A stretch of DNA of 64,000 nt from Candidatus Latescibacterota bacterium (GCA_963791045.1 CAWBQK010000017.1:160001-224000), one strand, 5' to 3'. Shown: positions 41,092 to 52,169, counted from the first letter of the stretch. Program-made: numbers and translations. Notes: generated by a model from the letters alone, not told the origin.

Positions 41092-43137
41092 TCAGTCGAT
41101 TTCCGTGGACAGCTTTGTGAAGGCTTTTGAGGAGACCGCCCGTTCGCCCGTCGTTTTATCAAGAACGGTGATGCTGATCATATAGTCGCCCGGATCGAGG
41201 TCGTCTATGTCGATAGCGATGCGTTCATGCGTGGTGTGGTTCGATCCCGTCCGGGTCAACGTCTGGGACAGGGTGGGGTCCGGGTCCGAATCCATTCGGA
41301 GGAGCCACTTCATCCCTCGGCCAATTTGTTCCCAACGGCTGGAGGATTCGGAGGCCGCGTATATAGAATATGTCACGTCGTAGTTCGAGACGAGACGTGA
41401 AAGCCCGAGGTTGTAGATCTCGATGTAGGTTTCGACCATTTCGGCGGGGCGATAGGCGCGCGACGGATTTGGCGTCAGGGTCTCGCCGAAACGCTCGATG
41501 ACAGGAGTTGGCGAGTCCGCGGCGGGTTGAGCCTCGAAAAGTATGTCGCTCAAGCAAAGCGAACTCTTGAGATACTTCACCGTATTGGTCTCGGACCAGT
41601 GGATCGACTGGGAGAGACCGCGCTCGTCCTCGAAGCAAAAGGACACCAGATAGGCGTCGAAAGGAAGTTCGAACGAGCGAACCACACAGCGATTCTGGCC
41701 AAAGGGGCCGGCACGGGGTGGTATGGCTTCGGCCGCAAGAGTGTCCGCGTCCCGTGTTTCGGGCCTGCCTGTGATGTCGTAAAAGGTTGTTCGCGCGATG
41801 TAAGAATCTATATCCCAGGTCCACAACGCTTCCGCAAGACTGTCGGCGTCCACGGCGAATGCGACGTATACCGAGGTTGCGAGATCGGAGTCCCGGAACG
41901 CAACGACGTCAAGCACGCCCGGTATGAGAATCGTTTCGGGGATGATCTCCGTGACCGGAGGATCATTGAAGAGACTCTGCGCCGAAAAGGAATAAGCGTA
42001 GTCCATTGGGATGATGTAGTTGCCGTTGAGGAACTCGTCTCGAAAATGAAATGTGAAACCCTCGGGCGGAGCGTAGTAACTCCAGATTTCCATCCGGCCG
42101 TCCGTGGGCGTCAGGCCGCCGCCAAGGGTCGTGCGCATGTGCGTGGGCCAACCGAACTTGATCAGCGCGCGGCCGCGTTCGCTATGACGACCGTCGATAG
42201 CCGGCGATTCGAGGGTGTAACGAATTTCGGCCTGATAGACCCGGTAAACATGTTCCAGGAATCGTTCGTTGATCTCCGTTGTGGGGTCGGGGTCCTGCCG
42301 AAGCCAGTAAAGGCGCTGCACCGTCGCGCGTTCATTAATCCCCGTGGAATCGTATTTTTTCTTCGCGTCACCTGTTAGAAGCATTCCGATGTCCCTGTAC
42401 TCGTAATACTCATCGTCGGAAAGCGCGTCGAGAGCGATCTTGAAGTGGGTCCAGGACGCCTCGTACTTTTTTTGTTCGTAGTAGATAGTTCCGAGGATAA
42501 AGTCCGGGTTGGGGTCATCGGGATGGTATTGACGGTAGGCTTCGCAGGTCTTCAAAACAAAAGTGGTATCGCCGAGTGCGTACCGCGAGAAGGCCAGCTT
42601 GAAAAAAGCGTCCTCGTTCTCGGGGGAACAGGTGGTGACGCGACTCAAGTGGTCGACGGCTTCCGGAAGGTATTCTGTGTAGAGTTGGACACGTTTCCAT
42701 TTGCGGTAGGCGTTGCTTCCAAGATAGTAACGAGCGATGCAGTTGTCGGGGTCGAGCTCGTGGGCGCGCTCGAACATGCGCTGTGCGTCACCATAGAATG
42801 TCTGCTCGTAGTAGGTCTTGCCCAACTCGGCGATGATGTCGGGGTCGTCGGGATATTTGCTCAAACCCTTTTCGAGGACGCGCTGCGAGCACATGCGCTC
42901 ACGAATGGTGTCGTTCCGTCTATGGAGATCTCCCAGGAGTACATATTCATCTGACGTTGCTTCTGAACCGGCCACCCTCGATTCGAGAACCTCGATGGCG
43001 TGTGTGGTGTCTCCCTCGGCGAGGGCGGTGTTGGCTCGGTCGATCGCCCGCAAAGTCGTGTTGCGGCGGTGCGAACAGCCCAGCTGAAGAAGTTGAACGC
43101 ACGCAAAAACAAAAATGACTATGGCGAATCGTTTCAT
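41092..43137 (-). CDS. GWxTD-domain lipoprotein with N-terminal TPR repeats
   Basis: Lipobox-like LQLGC; TPRs; YW...DPDPTT..NE...EH..RV..A...Y......G..SERGR..I.FG.P...E.W.Y. Confidence 0.82.
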   Translation of the reverse strand: MKRFAIVIFVFACVQLLQLGCSHRRNTTLRAIDRANTALAEGDTTHAIEVLESRVAGSEATSDEYVLLGDLHRRNDTIRERMCSQRVLEKGLSKYPDDPDIIAELGKTYYEQTFYGDAQRMFERAHELDPDNCIARYYLGSNAYRKWKRVQLYTEYLPEAVDHLSRVTTCSPENEDAFFKLAFSRYALGDTTFVLKTCEAYRQYHPDDPNPDFILGTIYYEQKKYEASWTHFKIALDALSDDEYYEYRDIGMLLTGDAKKKYDSTGINERATVQRLYWLRQDPDPTTEINERFLEHVYRVYQAEIRYTLESPAIDGRHSERGRALIKFGWPTHMRTTLGGGLTPTDGRMEIWSYYAPPEGFTFHFRDEFLNGNYIIPMDYAYSFSAQSLFNDPPVTEIIPETILIPGVLDVVAFRDSDLATSVYVAFAVDADSLAEALWTWDIDSYIARTTFYDITGRPETRDADTLAAEAIPPRAGPFGQNRCVVRSFELPFDAYLVSFCFEDERGLSQSIHWSETNTVKYLKSSLCLSDILFEAQPAADSPTPVIERFGETLTPNPSRAYRPAEMVETYIEIYNLGLSRLVSNYDVTYSIYAASESSSRWEQIGRGMKWLLRMDSDPDPTLSQTLTRTGSNHTTHERIAIDIDDLDPGDYMISITVLDKTTGERAVSSKAFTKLSTEID

Positions 43138-43287
43138 TTTATATGACAAGGCCATGTTCGGAGCTACCGGCGGGGGATAGTCACAATACAATTGTAAAAC
43201 GTGAGGGCCATCCGGGACGAATGTTTTTCAAAAAAAAGAGGGCCCGGTGGAACCCGGACCCTCATGTTTGGTTTTTGCAAAATGTCG

Positions 43288-43668
43288 CTAGATGTTCTGG
43301 TCGACGTGTATCGTACTGTCTCTGTCACGGAAAGTGACGCCCAACGGTGCGGCTTTGTTGGATGTAACGATCCGGAAAGTCACCGTTGCGCCTGATGCGA
43401 TCGGTTTGTCGCCGGTCCTGAACATGACGCTGTCACCGGTCGAGATTCCCACCCATCCTTTGGGTGCATAAATGTCGGTGATAGAGCCGGAATCGTCGGC
43501 GAGATTGATGCCGTAGATCGTCTTGTCGGCGCCACTAACTTTGACGAGGAGCACTGTCTCCGCGCCGGTCTCGGCGAATATGCTCTTTGTTACGACGGGC
43601 TCAGCGGAAAGAACCGGCGTGGCAAGAAAAACACATATCGCGAGGATCATCAAAGTTGAACGAAGCAT
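43288..43668 (-). CDS. Small secreted hypothetical beta-rich protein
   Basis: SD AAGGAGG, signal peptide, downstream hairpin with U-tract. Confidence 0.75.
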   Translation of the reverse strand: MLRSTLMILAICVFLATPVLSAEPVVTKSIFAETGAETVLLVKVSGADKTIYGINLADDSGSITDIYAPKGWVGISTGDSVMFRTGDKPIASGATVTFRIVTSNKAAPLGVTFRDRDSTIHVDQNI

Positions 43669-43970
43669 GATGGACCTCCTTGGGTGCTGTGTACTAAGGA
43701 CGCTAATGCTGTTGAAGTCTAAGCGGTTGCCCCTCTGATCTCAAGTGTCACATAAAGTGAGGGTCGGATCGTCCTCTCACGCACTCGATTCGGCTCAAAA
43801 CGGGCAGCCAATCTTGTCAAAATTGATAATTAATTGTACCACATTTGCGTGGGACTTGTCGAGCATGGAAATCAGTATTTGATTTCGCAACACGCTGTTT
43901 AATAACGGGTTATAGATGGTCCTGCCGGTGGGGCAGGGGGGTAGTGATCGATGGCGATCCGGAAGCGAAA

Positions 43971-45806
43971 TCAGACAATTCCGTCGATGATGCGAAGCGC
44001 GGCCTCGTGCCGCCCGAATGGCGGCATGATATAGGCGCCCTTGACGCGTTCGAGCGTCATGCAGTCCTTGAGGGCGTCGCGCGCGATGTCGATACCCTGG
44101 GTTCTGGACTTCTCGCCGGCTGGAGCTGATTTCATAAGGTCGCGGATACGTCCGGGAATCTGCATCCCGGGAACCTCGTTGTGGAGGAACTCGGCGTTCT
44201 TGTAGCTGCTCAGCGGAAGCAGGCCCACGAGGACGGGAATATCGGATCCCTTTGTCCGATCGAGGAAATCCTCGAGCAGTTTTGCTTCGTACACGGGCTG
44301 CGTGAGGACGAACTCGGCCCCCGCGGCGATCTTCTCGTTGAAACGCCGCACCTCGGTGTCGAGATCGACCGCCCCGGGGTTGGCGCCGACACCGATGGCA
44401 AAACTCGTGGCCGAGCCGAGTGGGTTGCCGGCGAGATCGAGCCCCTGGTTCATGTTTTTTACAATGCGGGTGAGACCGATCGAATCGACGTCGAATACGG
44501 CGGTGGCGCTGGGATAGTCGCCGAGCTTGGGTGGGTCGCCGGTGATGATGAGGACGTTCCTGAGACCGATGGCGTGGGCCCCGATGAGATCCGCCTGCAT
44601 CCCGAGGAGATTGCGGTCACGGCAGCAGTAGTGGAGCAGGGTCTCGATACCGACGTCGCGCTCGATAAGCGTTGCCAGGGCCATCGGACTCATCCTGGCG
44701 CTGGCACGGGGGCCGTCGGCAATATTGATAACGTGTACGCCGTGAACCCGCAACTGGCGCGCCGCCTCGAGGGATTGGGTGGGATCGAGCCCCTTTGGAG
44801 GATCGATCTCGACGCTGATAACGAATTCCTTCGAGAGCGCGTTGGCGAAACGGCTCCTCAGCGGAAGGGGCGTCTCTGGGATGGTCTTTGCTTCTTTTTC
44901 AGCGCGCGGCGCTTCGGCTACCTGGTAGTGAACGGGACGAAGCGCGCGGATCGCGCTCGCCATTGCCTTGATATGGTCGGGCGTCGTCCCACAGCAGCCG
45001 CCGATCAGCGACACACCACTCTGAATAAAACGTTTGGCGTACTCCGCCATGTATTCGGGGGAAGTGAGATAAATGAACCGACTCTCGACGAGCCGGGGCG
45101 CGCCGGCATTCGGCATCGCGGAAAGGGTCTTGTCTGAAATCTGTCGCATCTTCTCGATGATCTCGAGCATCGGTTGTGGGCCGATGCTGCAGTTGCACCC
45201 GAGGGCCGCGAGGTCATAGCCGCTGAGTTCTTCGACAACATGTTCGGGGGACTGCCCCATGAGGGTTTGCCCCTCGTCGGAGAAGGTGAGCTGTGCGACG
45301 ATGGGGAGATCGCAAACGGCCTGTGTCGCCTCGATGGCAATTTTGATTTCTTCGATACTCGGGATTGTCTCGATGATAAAGAGGTCAACGTCATTGGCCA
45401 GCGCAGCCGCCTGTTCACGGAACGCCTCGAAGGCCTGGTCATTCGTGATCTTGCCGAGCGGACGAAGGGGTTTGCCCAGAGGGCCGATCGAAGCAGCGAC
45501 AAACGTTTTCTTTCCGGCCGCCTTGCGGGCCAGCTCTACGCCCTTTTTGTTTATGGATTCCACCCGGTCTTCGAGCCCGTAGGGCGCCAGTTTGTATCGG
45601 TTGGCGCCAAAGGTGTTGGTCTCGATGATCTCCGCCCCGGCATCGATGTAGTGTTCGTGCAGTTCCTGAACGAGTGCGGGCCGGGTCAGGTTCAGCTCAT
45701 CAAAACAGGTATTTATAAAAATACCCTTGGTGTAGAGCATGGTTCCGATTGCACCGTCCGCCAGCACGATTCGTTCTGCGAGTTCTCCGCGGATATCACG
45801 TGACAT
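43971..45806 (-). CDS. Bifunctional homocysteine S-methyltransferase / methylenetetrahydrofolate reductase (YitJ-like)
   Basis: DGAIGT, ETNTFGAN, GCNCS.GP, GGCCGTTP.HI, VEIDPP, ADGPRA.ARM, CRDRNL, TGDPPKLGDYP, TQPVY, HNEVPG. Confidence 0.93.
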   Translation of the reverse strand: MSRDIRGELAERIVLADGAIGTMLYTKGIFINTCFDELNLTRPALVQELHEHYIDAGAEIIETNTFGANRYKLAPYGLEDRVESINKKGVELARKAAGKKTFVAASIGPLGKPLRPLGKITNDQAFEAFREQAAALANDVDLFIIETIPSIEEIKIAIEATQAVCDLPIVAQLTFSDEGQTLMGQSPEHVVEELSGYDLAALGCNCSIGPQPMLEIIEKMRQISDKTLSAMPNAGAPRLVESRFIYLTSPEYMAEYAKRFIQSGVSLIGGCCGTTPDHIKAMASAIRALRPVHYQVAEAPRAEKEAKTIPETPLPLRSRFANALSKEFVISVEIDPPKGLDPTQSLEAARQLRVHGVHVINIADGPRASARMSPMALATLIERDVGIETLLHYCCRDRNLLGMQADLIGAHAIGLRNVLIITGDPPKLGDYPSATAVFDVDSIGLTRIVKNMNQGLDLAGNPLGSATSFAIGVGANPGAVDLDTEVRRFNEKIAAGAEFVLTQPVYEAKLLEDFLDRTKGSDIPVLVGLLPLSSYKNAEFLHNEVPGMQIPGRIRDLMKSAPAGEKSRTQGIDIARDALKDCMTLERVKGAYIMPPFGRHEAALRIIDGIV

Positions 45807-46032
45807 CAAATATTCCTTGGTCAGGGGGGCCAAAATGCCGAAAAGGAGACTTCCGAATACTAATTATAACCCGGGGGGAACGCAAACTAAACTCTTTGGG
45901 TTCAACGGCTCGGGTAACGTCGAGCGTCCCGGGGTCGTCCGGGGTCCGCAAAATGGCTTGGCAACCCGCCCAATCTTTTATATTATTATTTAACAGGCTG
46001 TTCCACCCCTGGCTAGAGATTGGAAATCATCA

Positions 46033-48042
46033 ATGATACGTTTCAAATATCTCGTGGCATTCGCGGCTGCGATTCTATTTGTGTTTGCGTCCCCATCCGC
46101 CGGGAAGGCGCAGGAGCGGCATGACGCCGCTGAATTTGCCAAGCAAGAATTGTCTCGATACCGCAGGGTCCGCGAAAGGATGCTTCTCGACTCGATCAGG
46201 AAGGCCGAAGTGGACCAGTCGATTTTTGACGCCCTTCACTACGAGCTCGTGTTGGACGTCGATCCGGTGTCCGAGTCGATTTCGGGCACGCTCGGATTGA
46301 CGGCCCTCGCCACTGCCGGCTCGCCGTCGAATATTGTTCTCGACCTTGCTGATAGTCTGACTGTGACGGGTGCGCGTGAGGGCGGGGTCTCGAGCGTTTT
46401 CACGCACGAGGACGATTTGTTGACGATCGATCTTGCATGGGACTACGCGGTCGGGGATACCATCCGCATCGAAGTCGATTACGGCGGAGAACCTACCGGC
46501 CTGAACGAGGAACTCTATTCCAACGCGTTTTCGTTTGACCGGCACGGTCCCGATTATGAAAATCGGAACCAGGTGGTCATCTATACCATAAGCGAGACAA
46601 ATTTTGCGCGCGCCTGGTGGCCGTGCAAGGACGTTCTCGATGACAAGGCGACGACGCGGCTTCATATCACCGTTCCAGATACGCTGGTGGTGGCGTCTAA
46701 TGGACTTCTCGAGTCCGAGACAGCCATCGACGGCGGCAAGAAAACATATGTGTGGCACGAACGGTATCCGATCGCCACGTATCTGGTTTCGCTCGCCATA
46801 TCCAACTACGAAGTGTTTGAAGATTATTATCATTACACAGCGCTCGACTCGATGCCCGTTACGTATTTTGTGTACCCGGAGGATCTTGAGGCCGCCCAGG
46901 TGGATTTTGCCGTTACGGTTCCGATGATCGAATTTTTTTCCGGGCTGTTTGGCGAATACCCGTTTATCGAAGAGAAATACGGGATGGCCGAGTTTGGTTG
47001 GGGCGGTGCCATGGAGCACCAGACGTGTACCAGTATGAGCGCGGGAATGATCCGTGGGGACGGCAGCCGTGCCTGGGTTATCGCGCACGAACTCGCTCAC
47101 CAGTGGTACGGCGATCTGGTATCGCCCGCAACCTGGGAGGACATTTGGCTCAATGAAGGTTTCGCGACGTACTGCGAGGCGCTTTGGCGCGAGTACACGG
47201 AAGGGTTTGAAGCGTACAAGGAAGACATCACGCGCCGGCGCTCGAGGTTCGGATTCCGCGGAACGCTCTACGATCCGGACGATCTTTTTGGGATTACGGT
47301 GTACTGGAAGGGATGTTGGGTTCTACACATGCTCAGGCACGTCATGGGCGACGAGGCGTTTTTCAATTCGCTCCGCGATCATGCGTCCGATCCGGCGCAC
47401 AGTTACAAGAACGCGACGACGGCGGGATTCCAGAGTATCTGCGAGCGCAACTACGAGGGGAGCCTCGCATGGTTTTTTGACAGGTGGGTGTACGGCACCG
47501 GCGAACCGCGGTACGCGTACTACTGGAACCAGCGCGAAACCGGCGGGCGATTTACGATTGACGTCACATTGAAACAGACGCAGGCGGAAGGTCTGTTTGC
47601 GATGCCCGTGGATTTCCGTTTTGCCACAACCGCGGGAGACACGACGATAACGGTGTGGAACTCAGAACGGCTCGAACACTATGAATTCAGCTTTCTCGAT
47701 CGTGTCAGCGCGGTAGCATTCGATCCGGACGAGTGGATTTTGAAAGATTCCGAGGAGCGGGGAATCGAGGCGGTGTCGATGGGAATTACCCCGAATCCCT
47801 TCAACGCGGCGACGCGGATCTCTTTTGAGTTGAGCGTGCCCGGTCAAATCGAGATCGACATCTTTGATGTGACGGGCGCTCGCGTGACGGTCCTCGACAA
47901 GAAACAGGTACCACCCGGTTATCACGAAGTGGTATGGGATGGCAAAAACAGTTCGGGTCAAATGGTGTCGTCGGGGGTATACTTCGTGCGGTTGCAGACG
48001 CCCCAGGGCGGTCAGGTAAAAAAAGCGGTGTTTCTCAAGTAA
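46033..48042 (+). CDS. Secreted M1 family aminopeptidase with C-terminal FlgD-Ig/T9SS-type domain
   Basis: ARAWWPC.D...DKAT, GGAMEH, HELAHQWYGD, WLNEGFATY, Y.KG; C-terminus PNPFN...WDG....SGVYF. Confidence 0.92.
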   Translation: MIRFKYLVAFAAAILFVFASPSAGKAQERHDAAEFAKQELSRYRRVRERMLLDSIRKAEVDQSIFDALHYELVLDVDPVSESISGTLGLTALATAGSPSNIVLDLADSLTVTGAREGGVSSVFTHEDDLLTIDLAWDYAVGDTIRIEVDYGGEPTGLNEELYSNAFSFDRHGPDYENRNQVVIYTISETNFARAWWPCKDVLDDKATTRLHITVPDTLVVASNGLLESETAIDGGKKTYVWHERYPIATYLVSLAISNYEVFEDYYHYTALDSMPVTYFVYPEDLEAAQVDFAVTVPMIEFFSGLFGEYPFIEEKYGMAEFGWGGAMEHQTCTSMSAGMIRGDGSRAWVIAHELAHQWYGDLVSPATWEDIWLNEGFATYCEALWREYTEGFEAYKEDITRRRSRFGFRGTLYDPDDLFGITVYWKGCWVLHMLRHVMGDEAFFNSLRDHASDPAHSYKNATTAGFQSICERNYEGSLAWFFDRWVYGTGEPRYAYYWNQRETGGRFTIDVTLKQTQAEGLFAMPVDFRFATTAGDTTITVWNSERLEHYEFSFLDRVSAVAFDPDEWILKDSEERGIEAVSMGITPNPFNAATRISFELSVPGQIEIDIFDVTGARVTVLDKKQVPPGYHEVVWDGKNSSGQMVSSGVYFVRLQTPQGGQVKKAVFLK

Positions 48043-48074
48043 TTCGAACCCGGCGTCCGGAGTCAGGGAGGGCC

Positions 48075-48779
48075 ATGAAACGGATTGTATTTTTTGTTCT
48101 GTTGATTGTGTTTGTCGGCGTTGGTCTTCTCAAGTCTGAGGTCGTCTACCTCAAGGACGGCTCGACGCTGAAGGGCACCGTGAAGAAGATGTCGGGGGAC
48201 ACACTCTATTTTGAGGCCTCGTTCGGTTCGCTGATGAAAATATCGAAAGACAAGATAGTCAGGATCGACTTTGCGGAGGGCTCGTCCGTTGTGTCGCCCG
48301 GGCCGCCGCCGGCTGTGGAGGAGAGTGGAGCGAGCGCCGAGCCTGGGAGCTTGATGGTCGTTTTCGAGAAAGTCAAATTTACCAGTAAAATTTCGGTCAA
48401 GCGTGATCGTGATCGCGAAGGACACGAACGCGAGAACGCCATCGAGATGAGGCTCATGCTTGAAGGGAATACAATTTATTCGTTGATCGATTCGACGACT
48501 GACAAGGTCATTGCGAATGGTCCCGAAACAACACTGCGAAATGATATCGAACCACAGGCGTTTTCCCTCGCATTGGCTCCGGGAATGTATCAGGGGGCGC
48601 TCCGTATCGGGAACACGCGGATAGACAAATACGCCGAACGGTTTGATCCGGAACCGCTCGACAAACTCCTTGTCCTGGACAACTTGAAGATAAAGCCGAA
48701 CGAGACGCTCGTGGTTCGCGTGACGGTAAAGAAGAAATTGCTGGGGCTGAAGAAGTCAGATATGTCGCGCCAACAGTGA
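48075..48779 (+). CDS. Secreted hypothetical protein
   Basis: Signal peptide then VYLKDGS.LKG.V...I.RIDF module; SD GGGAGG. Confidence 0.7.
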   Translation: MKRIVFFVLLIVFVGVGLLKSEVVYLKDGSTLKGTVKKMSGDTLYFEASFGSLMKISKDKIVRIDFAEGSSVVSPGPPPAVEESGASAEPGSLMVVFEKVKFTSKISVKRDRDREGHERENAIEMRLMLEGNTIYSLIDSTTDKVIANGPETTLRNDIEPQAFSLALAPGMYQGALRIGNTRIDKYAERFDPEPLDKLLVLDNLKIKPNETLVVRVTVKKKLLGLKKSDMSRQQ

Positions 48780-48796
48780 CGGGTAGTGTGTAGGGA

Positions 48797-49933
48797 TTAT
48801 TCGGACAGATTATCGAGCGCCTGTGTGAGAAGTTCACGCAGGCGTTCATCCGTTCCGGCCCGGTCTAGTGACTGCCCAAACGCGACAAGCGCGTTGTCAT
48901 GCTCGCCTTTTATTCGGTAAAGATTCCCGAGGTAGTAATAGACCCATGCGTTGTCCGGGTCGATTGCCAACGCCTCACGAAAACTATGTTCGGATGCGTC
49001 AAAATCGCCTGTTGCCGCGAACACGCGGCCGAGATTTGTGTGTGCGTCGGCGTATTCGGAACGGAGTTGGATTGCCCTGCGATACTCAGCTGCGGCGGCG
49101 GGATAATCTTTTTGTTTGGAGTAAAGGTCTCCGAGAATCTTGTGCGCTTCGGCAAGTTCGGGTTCGATTTCCAACGCCCTCTTGAGCGCCTCTTCGGCTT
49201 GTACCGGCCTGTCGAGGGCCGTGTAGCATTCTCCAATTCCCATGTAAGCGTCGGCGTGGTTTGGATTCTCCTGCACGACCTTTTGATATTCGGCTGCGGC
49301 GTCTTCGTAGAGTCCCTTCTGATAGAAAATCATACCGAGCCCCAGGCGGCCCTCGATCGAATTCGGGTCGGATTTCAAACCTCGATAAAGGTAAAACGTC
49401 GCCTGGTGAACCTTGCCCGTCTTGGCATACACCCATCCGAGATAGATATACGCTTCGGCATAGGAGGGCTTGATGGTAATGGCGTTGATAAGACTTTCTT
49501 CGGCGCCGTCGTAATCCCCGGTCTCCATCCGGAGCTTGCCCTGGCCCGTCAGCGCTTCGTGAAAGTCGTTTTTCAAACGGATGGCCACATCGTATTCGCG
49601 CGCGGCCGCCTGGTACGATCCCATTGCCGCATAGGTTTCGCCCAACCCATAATGAAGGATCGGATCAGAGGGATAGGCCTCGAGGGCGATTTTGAAATGT
49701 TCGACCGCGGAATCATAATTGCCCACATAATAGTAAGCGACCCCAAGATTGAGATGGGTGTCCGGGTCGTCTTCTCGGTAAGTCAGAGATTTTTCAAAAT
49801 TTTCGACGGCTGCTTCGGGGTCGTCCTGCTCGATGGAGTCGATGCCCTGGTTGTAGTACAAAAGCGCCTTATCCTGGCATGCGGGGAGCAGTATTACCGC
49901 GACGAGTAGGAATAGAATTGTTGATGTTTTCAT
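48797..49933 (-). CDS. Tetratricopeptide-repeat lipoprotein
   Basis: Lipobox LPAC; about 10 TPRs (A...LG..Y...G.Y..A...Y..AL...P). Confidence 0.9.
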   Translation of the reverse strand: MKTSTILFLLVAVILLPACQDKALLYYNQGIDSIEQDDPEAAVENFEKSLTYREDDPDTHLNLGVAYYYVGNYDSAVEHFKIALEAYPSDPILHYGLGETYAAMGSYQAAAREYDVAIRLKNDFHEALTGQGKLRMETGDYDGAEESLINAITIKPSYAEAYIYLGWVYAKTGKVHQATFYLYRGLKSDPNSIEGRLGLGMIFYQKGLYEDAAAEYQKVVQENPNHADAYMGIGECYTALDRPVQAEEALKRALEIEPELAEAHKILGDLYSKQKDYPAAAAEYRRAIQLRSEYADAHTNLGRVFAATGDFDASEHSFREALAIDPDNAWVYYYLGNLYRIKGEHDNALVAFGQSLDRAGTDERLRELLTQALDNLSE

Positions 49934-50027
49934 AGGGGGGAAGCTAAAGGAAAGTGATGGCGAGTTCAAGGAGATTCTTGGGAGGCACAAAGAGGCGGGA
50001 GCATCGAGATCCCGCCCCTATTTATGT

Positions 50028-50783
50028 TCAGCCGTCGCCTTTCATTTTCTTCAAAAACGGTTCGAAGAGATCTATTGGAACCGGGAAGATCATTGTCGAG
50101 TTCTTTTCCGACGCAACCTCGGTCAATGTCTGCAAGAATCTCAGCTGCAAGGTGATGGTGTTTTGCCCGAGAATGTTCGCCGCTTCGTAGAGCTTTTGAG
50201 ACGCCTGGAACTCGCCGTCCGCATGAATAACCTTGGCCCGTCGCTCGCGCTCCGCCTCCGCCTGGCGCGCGATGGCACGCTGCATTTCGACGGGGAGGTC
50301 GACGTGCTTGATTTCAACGAGCGAAACCTTGATGCCCCAGGAATCGGTTTGTTCGTCGATTATCCGTTGCAAGCGTGAATTGATGTCATCGCGTTCGGCG
50401 AGCAGCTGGTCGAGTTCGGCCTGACCCAGGACCGATCGAAGCGTCGTTTGCGCGAGTTGTGTCGTGGCGTAGAGAAAGTCCTCGACTTCGACAATCGCTT
50501 TGTCCGCCGCCATCACCCGGAAATATACGACGGCGTTTACCTTCACCGAGACGTTGTCTTTGGTGATTACGTCCTGGGGGGCGACATCCATCGCGACGAC
50601 GCGGAGGCTCACCCTGACCATTCGATCGATTATCGGAATCAGAATAACCAACCCGGGCCCCTTGACGCCGACCAGGCGCCCCAGTCGGAAGATGACTGCG
50701 CGTTCATATTCCCGGAGGACTCGAATCGCGCTGGCAACAACGAGAAGCACGATTAACACGAATACAATCAGTGGCAGACCCAC
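50028..50783 (-). CDS. Slipin/SPFH (stomatin-like) protein
   Basis: [54 protein letters not shown]. Confidence 0.95.
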   Translation of the reverse strand: MGLPLIVFVLIVLLVVASAIRVLREYERAVIFRLGRLVGVKGPGLVILIPIIDRMVRVSLRVVAMDVAPQDVITKDNVSVKVNAVVYFRVMAADKAIVEVEDFLYATTQLAQTTLRSVLGQAELDQLLAERDDINSRLQRIIDEQTDSWGIKVSLVEIKHVDLPVEMQRAIARQAEAERERRAKVIHADGEFQASQKLYEAANILGQNTITLQLRFLQTLTEVASEKNSTMIFPVPIDLFEPFLKKMKGDG

Positions 50784-52169
50784 TTATGTTACCTCCTTTT
50801 GCGCGACGCTTTTAACCTTTAGCGTCATGCCTTTAATGCCGATGACCTGTATTTTAGTGTTGGCTGGAATCTTAGTGTCGCTGTAAGCATTCCAGAATTC
50901 TCCGTGGACGAAGACGGAACCATCACCATCGATGTCGGTTCGGGCGACACCTGTGTCCCCAAGGATACCTTTTTCACCGGTTGTCACTTTTTTGGTTTGC
51001 GCGCGAAGTCCCATGCCTACCGCGAACACGAAAAAGAGCGCGGTGAAAATTACAGCCGGTACGATGACCGACAGGGAAACGCGCATGAACGGCATCGGAG
51101 AATCGATCAACATTATTGATCCGATGATCATCGAAACCACGCCTCCAACGGTTAATAGCCCTCCGGATGGTATCTTGACTTCAAGAAGAAACATGACGAC
51201 GGCGAGAAGGATGAGGGCCAGGCCCGCGAGGTTGACCGGCAAAAGTTGAAGTGCAAAAAACGCAAGAAGAATAGATATTCCGCCCGCGACTCCGGGGAAG
51301 ATCGCCCCGGGATTCTGCAGTTCGAAAAATATTCCGAATATGCCGAGAAGGAGAAGGAGATAAGCGATATTCGGGTCGGATATTTTCGCGAGAAATTGTT
51401 CCCTCAGCGATGGATTTTCGGTTATCACGACCGCGTCGGCGGTCGCAAGCGTGGCGGGCTCACCGTTGAGTTCAACCTGGAGCCCGTCGAGCATTTCGAT
51501 GAGTTGTTCGAGGTCATCGGCGAGGAGGTCGATGACGCCGAGTTCGAGCGCTTCTTCCGCCGTTGAGGAAATACTCTCGCGGACGATTTGCTCGGCCCAC
51601 TCGACATCGCGTCCCCGTTTCTTTGCGAGGCCCCTCGCAAACGCCGCGGCGTCGTTTGTGACTTTTTCGAGCATTTCGTCATCCATCTTGCCCTGACCGA
51701 CGGGGACAGGGTGCGCGGCGCCGATGTTGGTACTCGGCGCCATCGCGACGACGTGTGACGCCAGACTTATAACGGCCCCGGCGCTCGCTGCCCGTCCACC
51801 ACTGGGATACACAAAAATAACAACGGGGACGGGACTCGCCAGGATATCTTTAATGATGCTGCGCATGGAGGCATCGAGGCCGCCCGGCGTGTCCATAGTG
51901 AAGATTATACACTCGGGCCGGAGCACGGCTGCGCTTTCGATAATTCTGTGGACGTAATCCTTGGTTACCGGGCCGATGGCGTCATTCATCTCGCCCACAA
52001 CTATGCGGCGCCCCCGGGTTTGATCCTCAGCAGTTGCCGCAGTCGGACGTAGACTTGTGAGAGTGAACGCGGCGAGGAATGAAATGAGAATGAGGAAGGG
52101 CAGGGACCGGATCGAGGAGGAAACCCCACGGAATCGGACTGCGAGATAAGTATTGGTTTTGTTGGCCAT
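50784..52169 (-). CDS. nfeD: NfeD family membrane-bound serine protease
   Basis: DTPGGL, RAASAG, MAP.TNIGAAHPV, K..ND, C-terminal OB fold G.V.VHGE.W.A; adjacent to slipin. Confidence 0.92.
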   Translation of the reverse strand: MANKTNTYLAVRFRGVSSSIRSLPFLILISFLAAFTLTSLRPTAATAEDQTRGRRIVVGEMNDAIGPVTKDYVHRIIESAAVLRPECIIFTMDTPGGLDASMRSIIKDILASPVPVVIFVYPSGGRAASAGAVISLASHVVAMAPSTNIGAAHPVPVGQGKMDDEMLEKVTNDAAAFARGLAKKRGRDVEWAEQIVRESISSTAEEALELGVIDLLADDLEQLIEMLDGLQVELNGEPATLATADAVVITENPSLREQFLAKISDPNIAYLLLLLGIFGIFFELQNPGAIFPGVAGGISILLAFFALQLLPVNLAGLALILLAVVMFLLEVKIPSGGLLTVGGVVSMIIGSIMLIDSPMPFMRVSLSVIVPAVIFTALFFVFAVGMGLRAQTKKVTTGEKGILGDTGVARTDIDGDGSVFVHGEFWNAYSDTKIPANTKIQVIGIKGMTLKVKSVAQKEVT

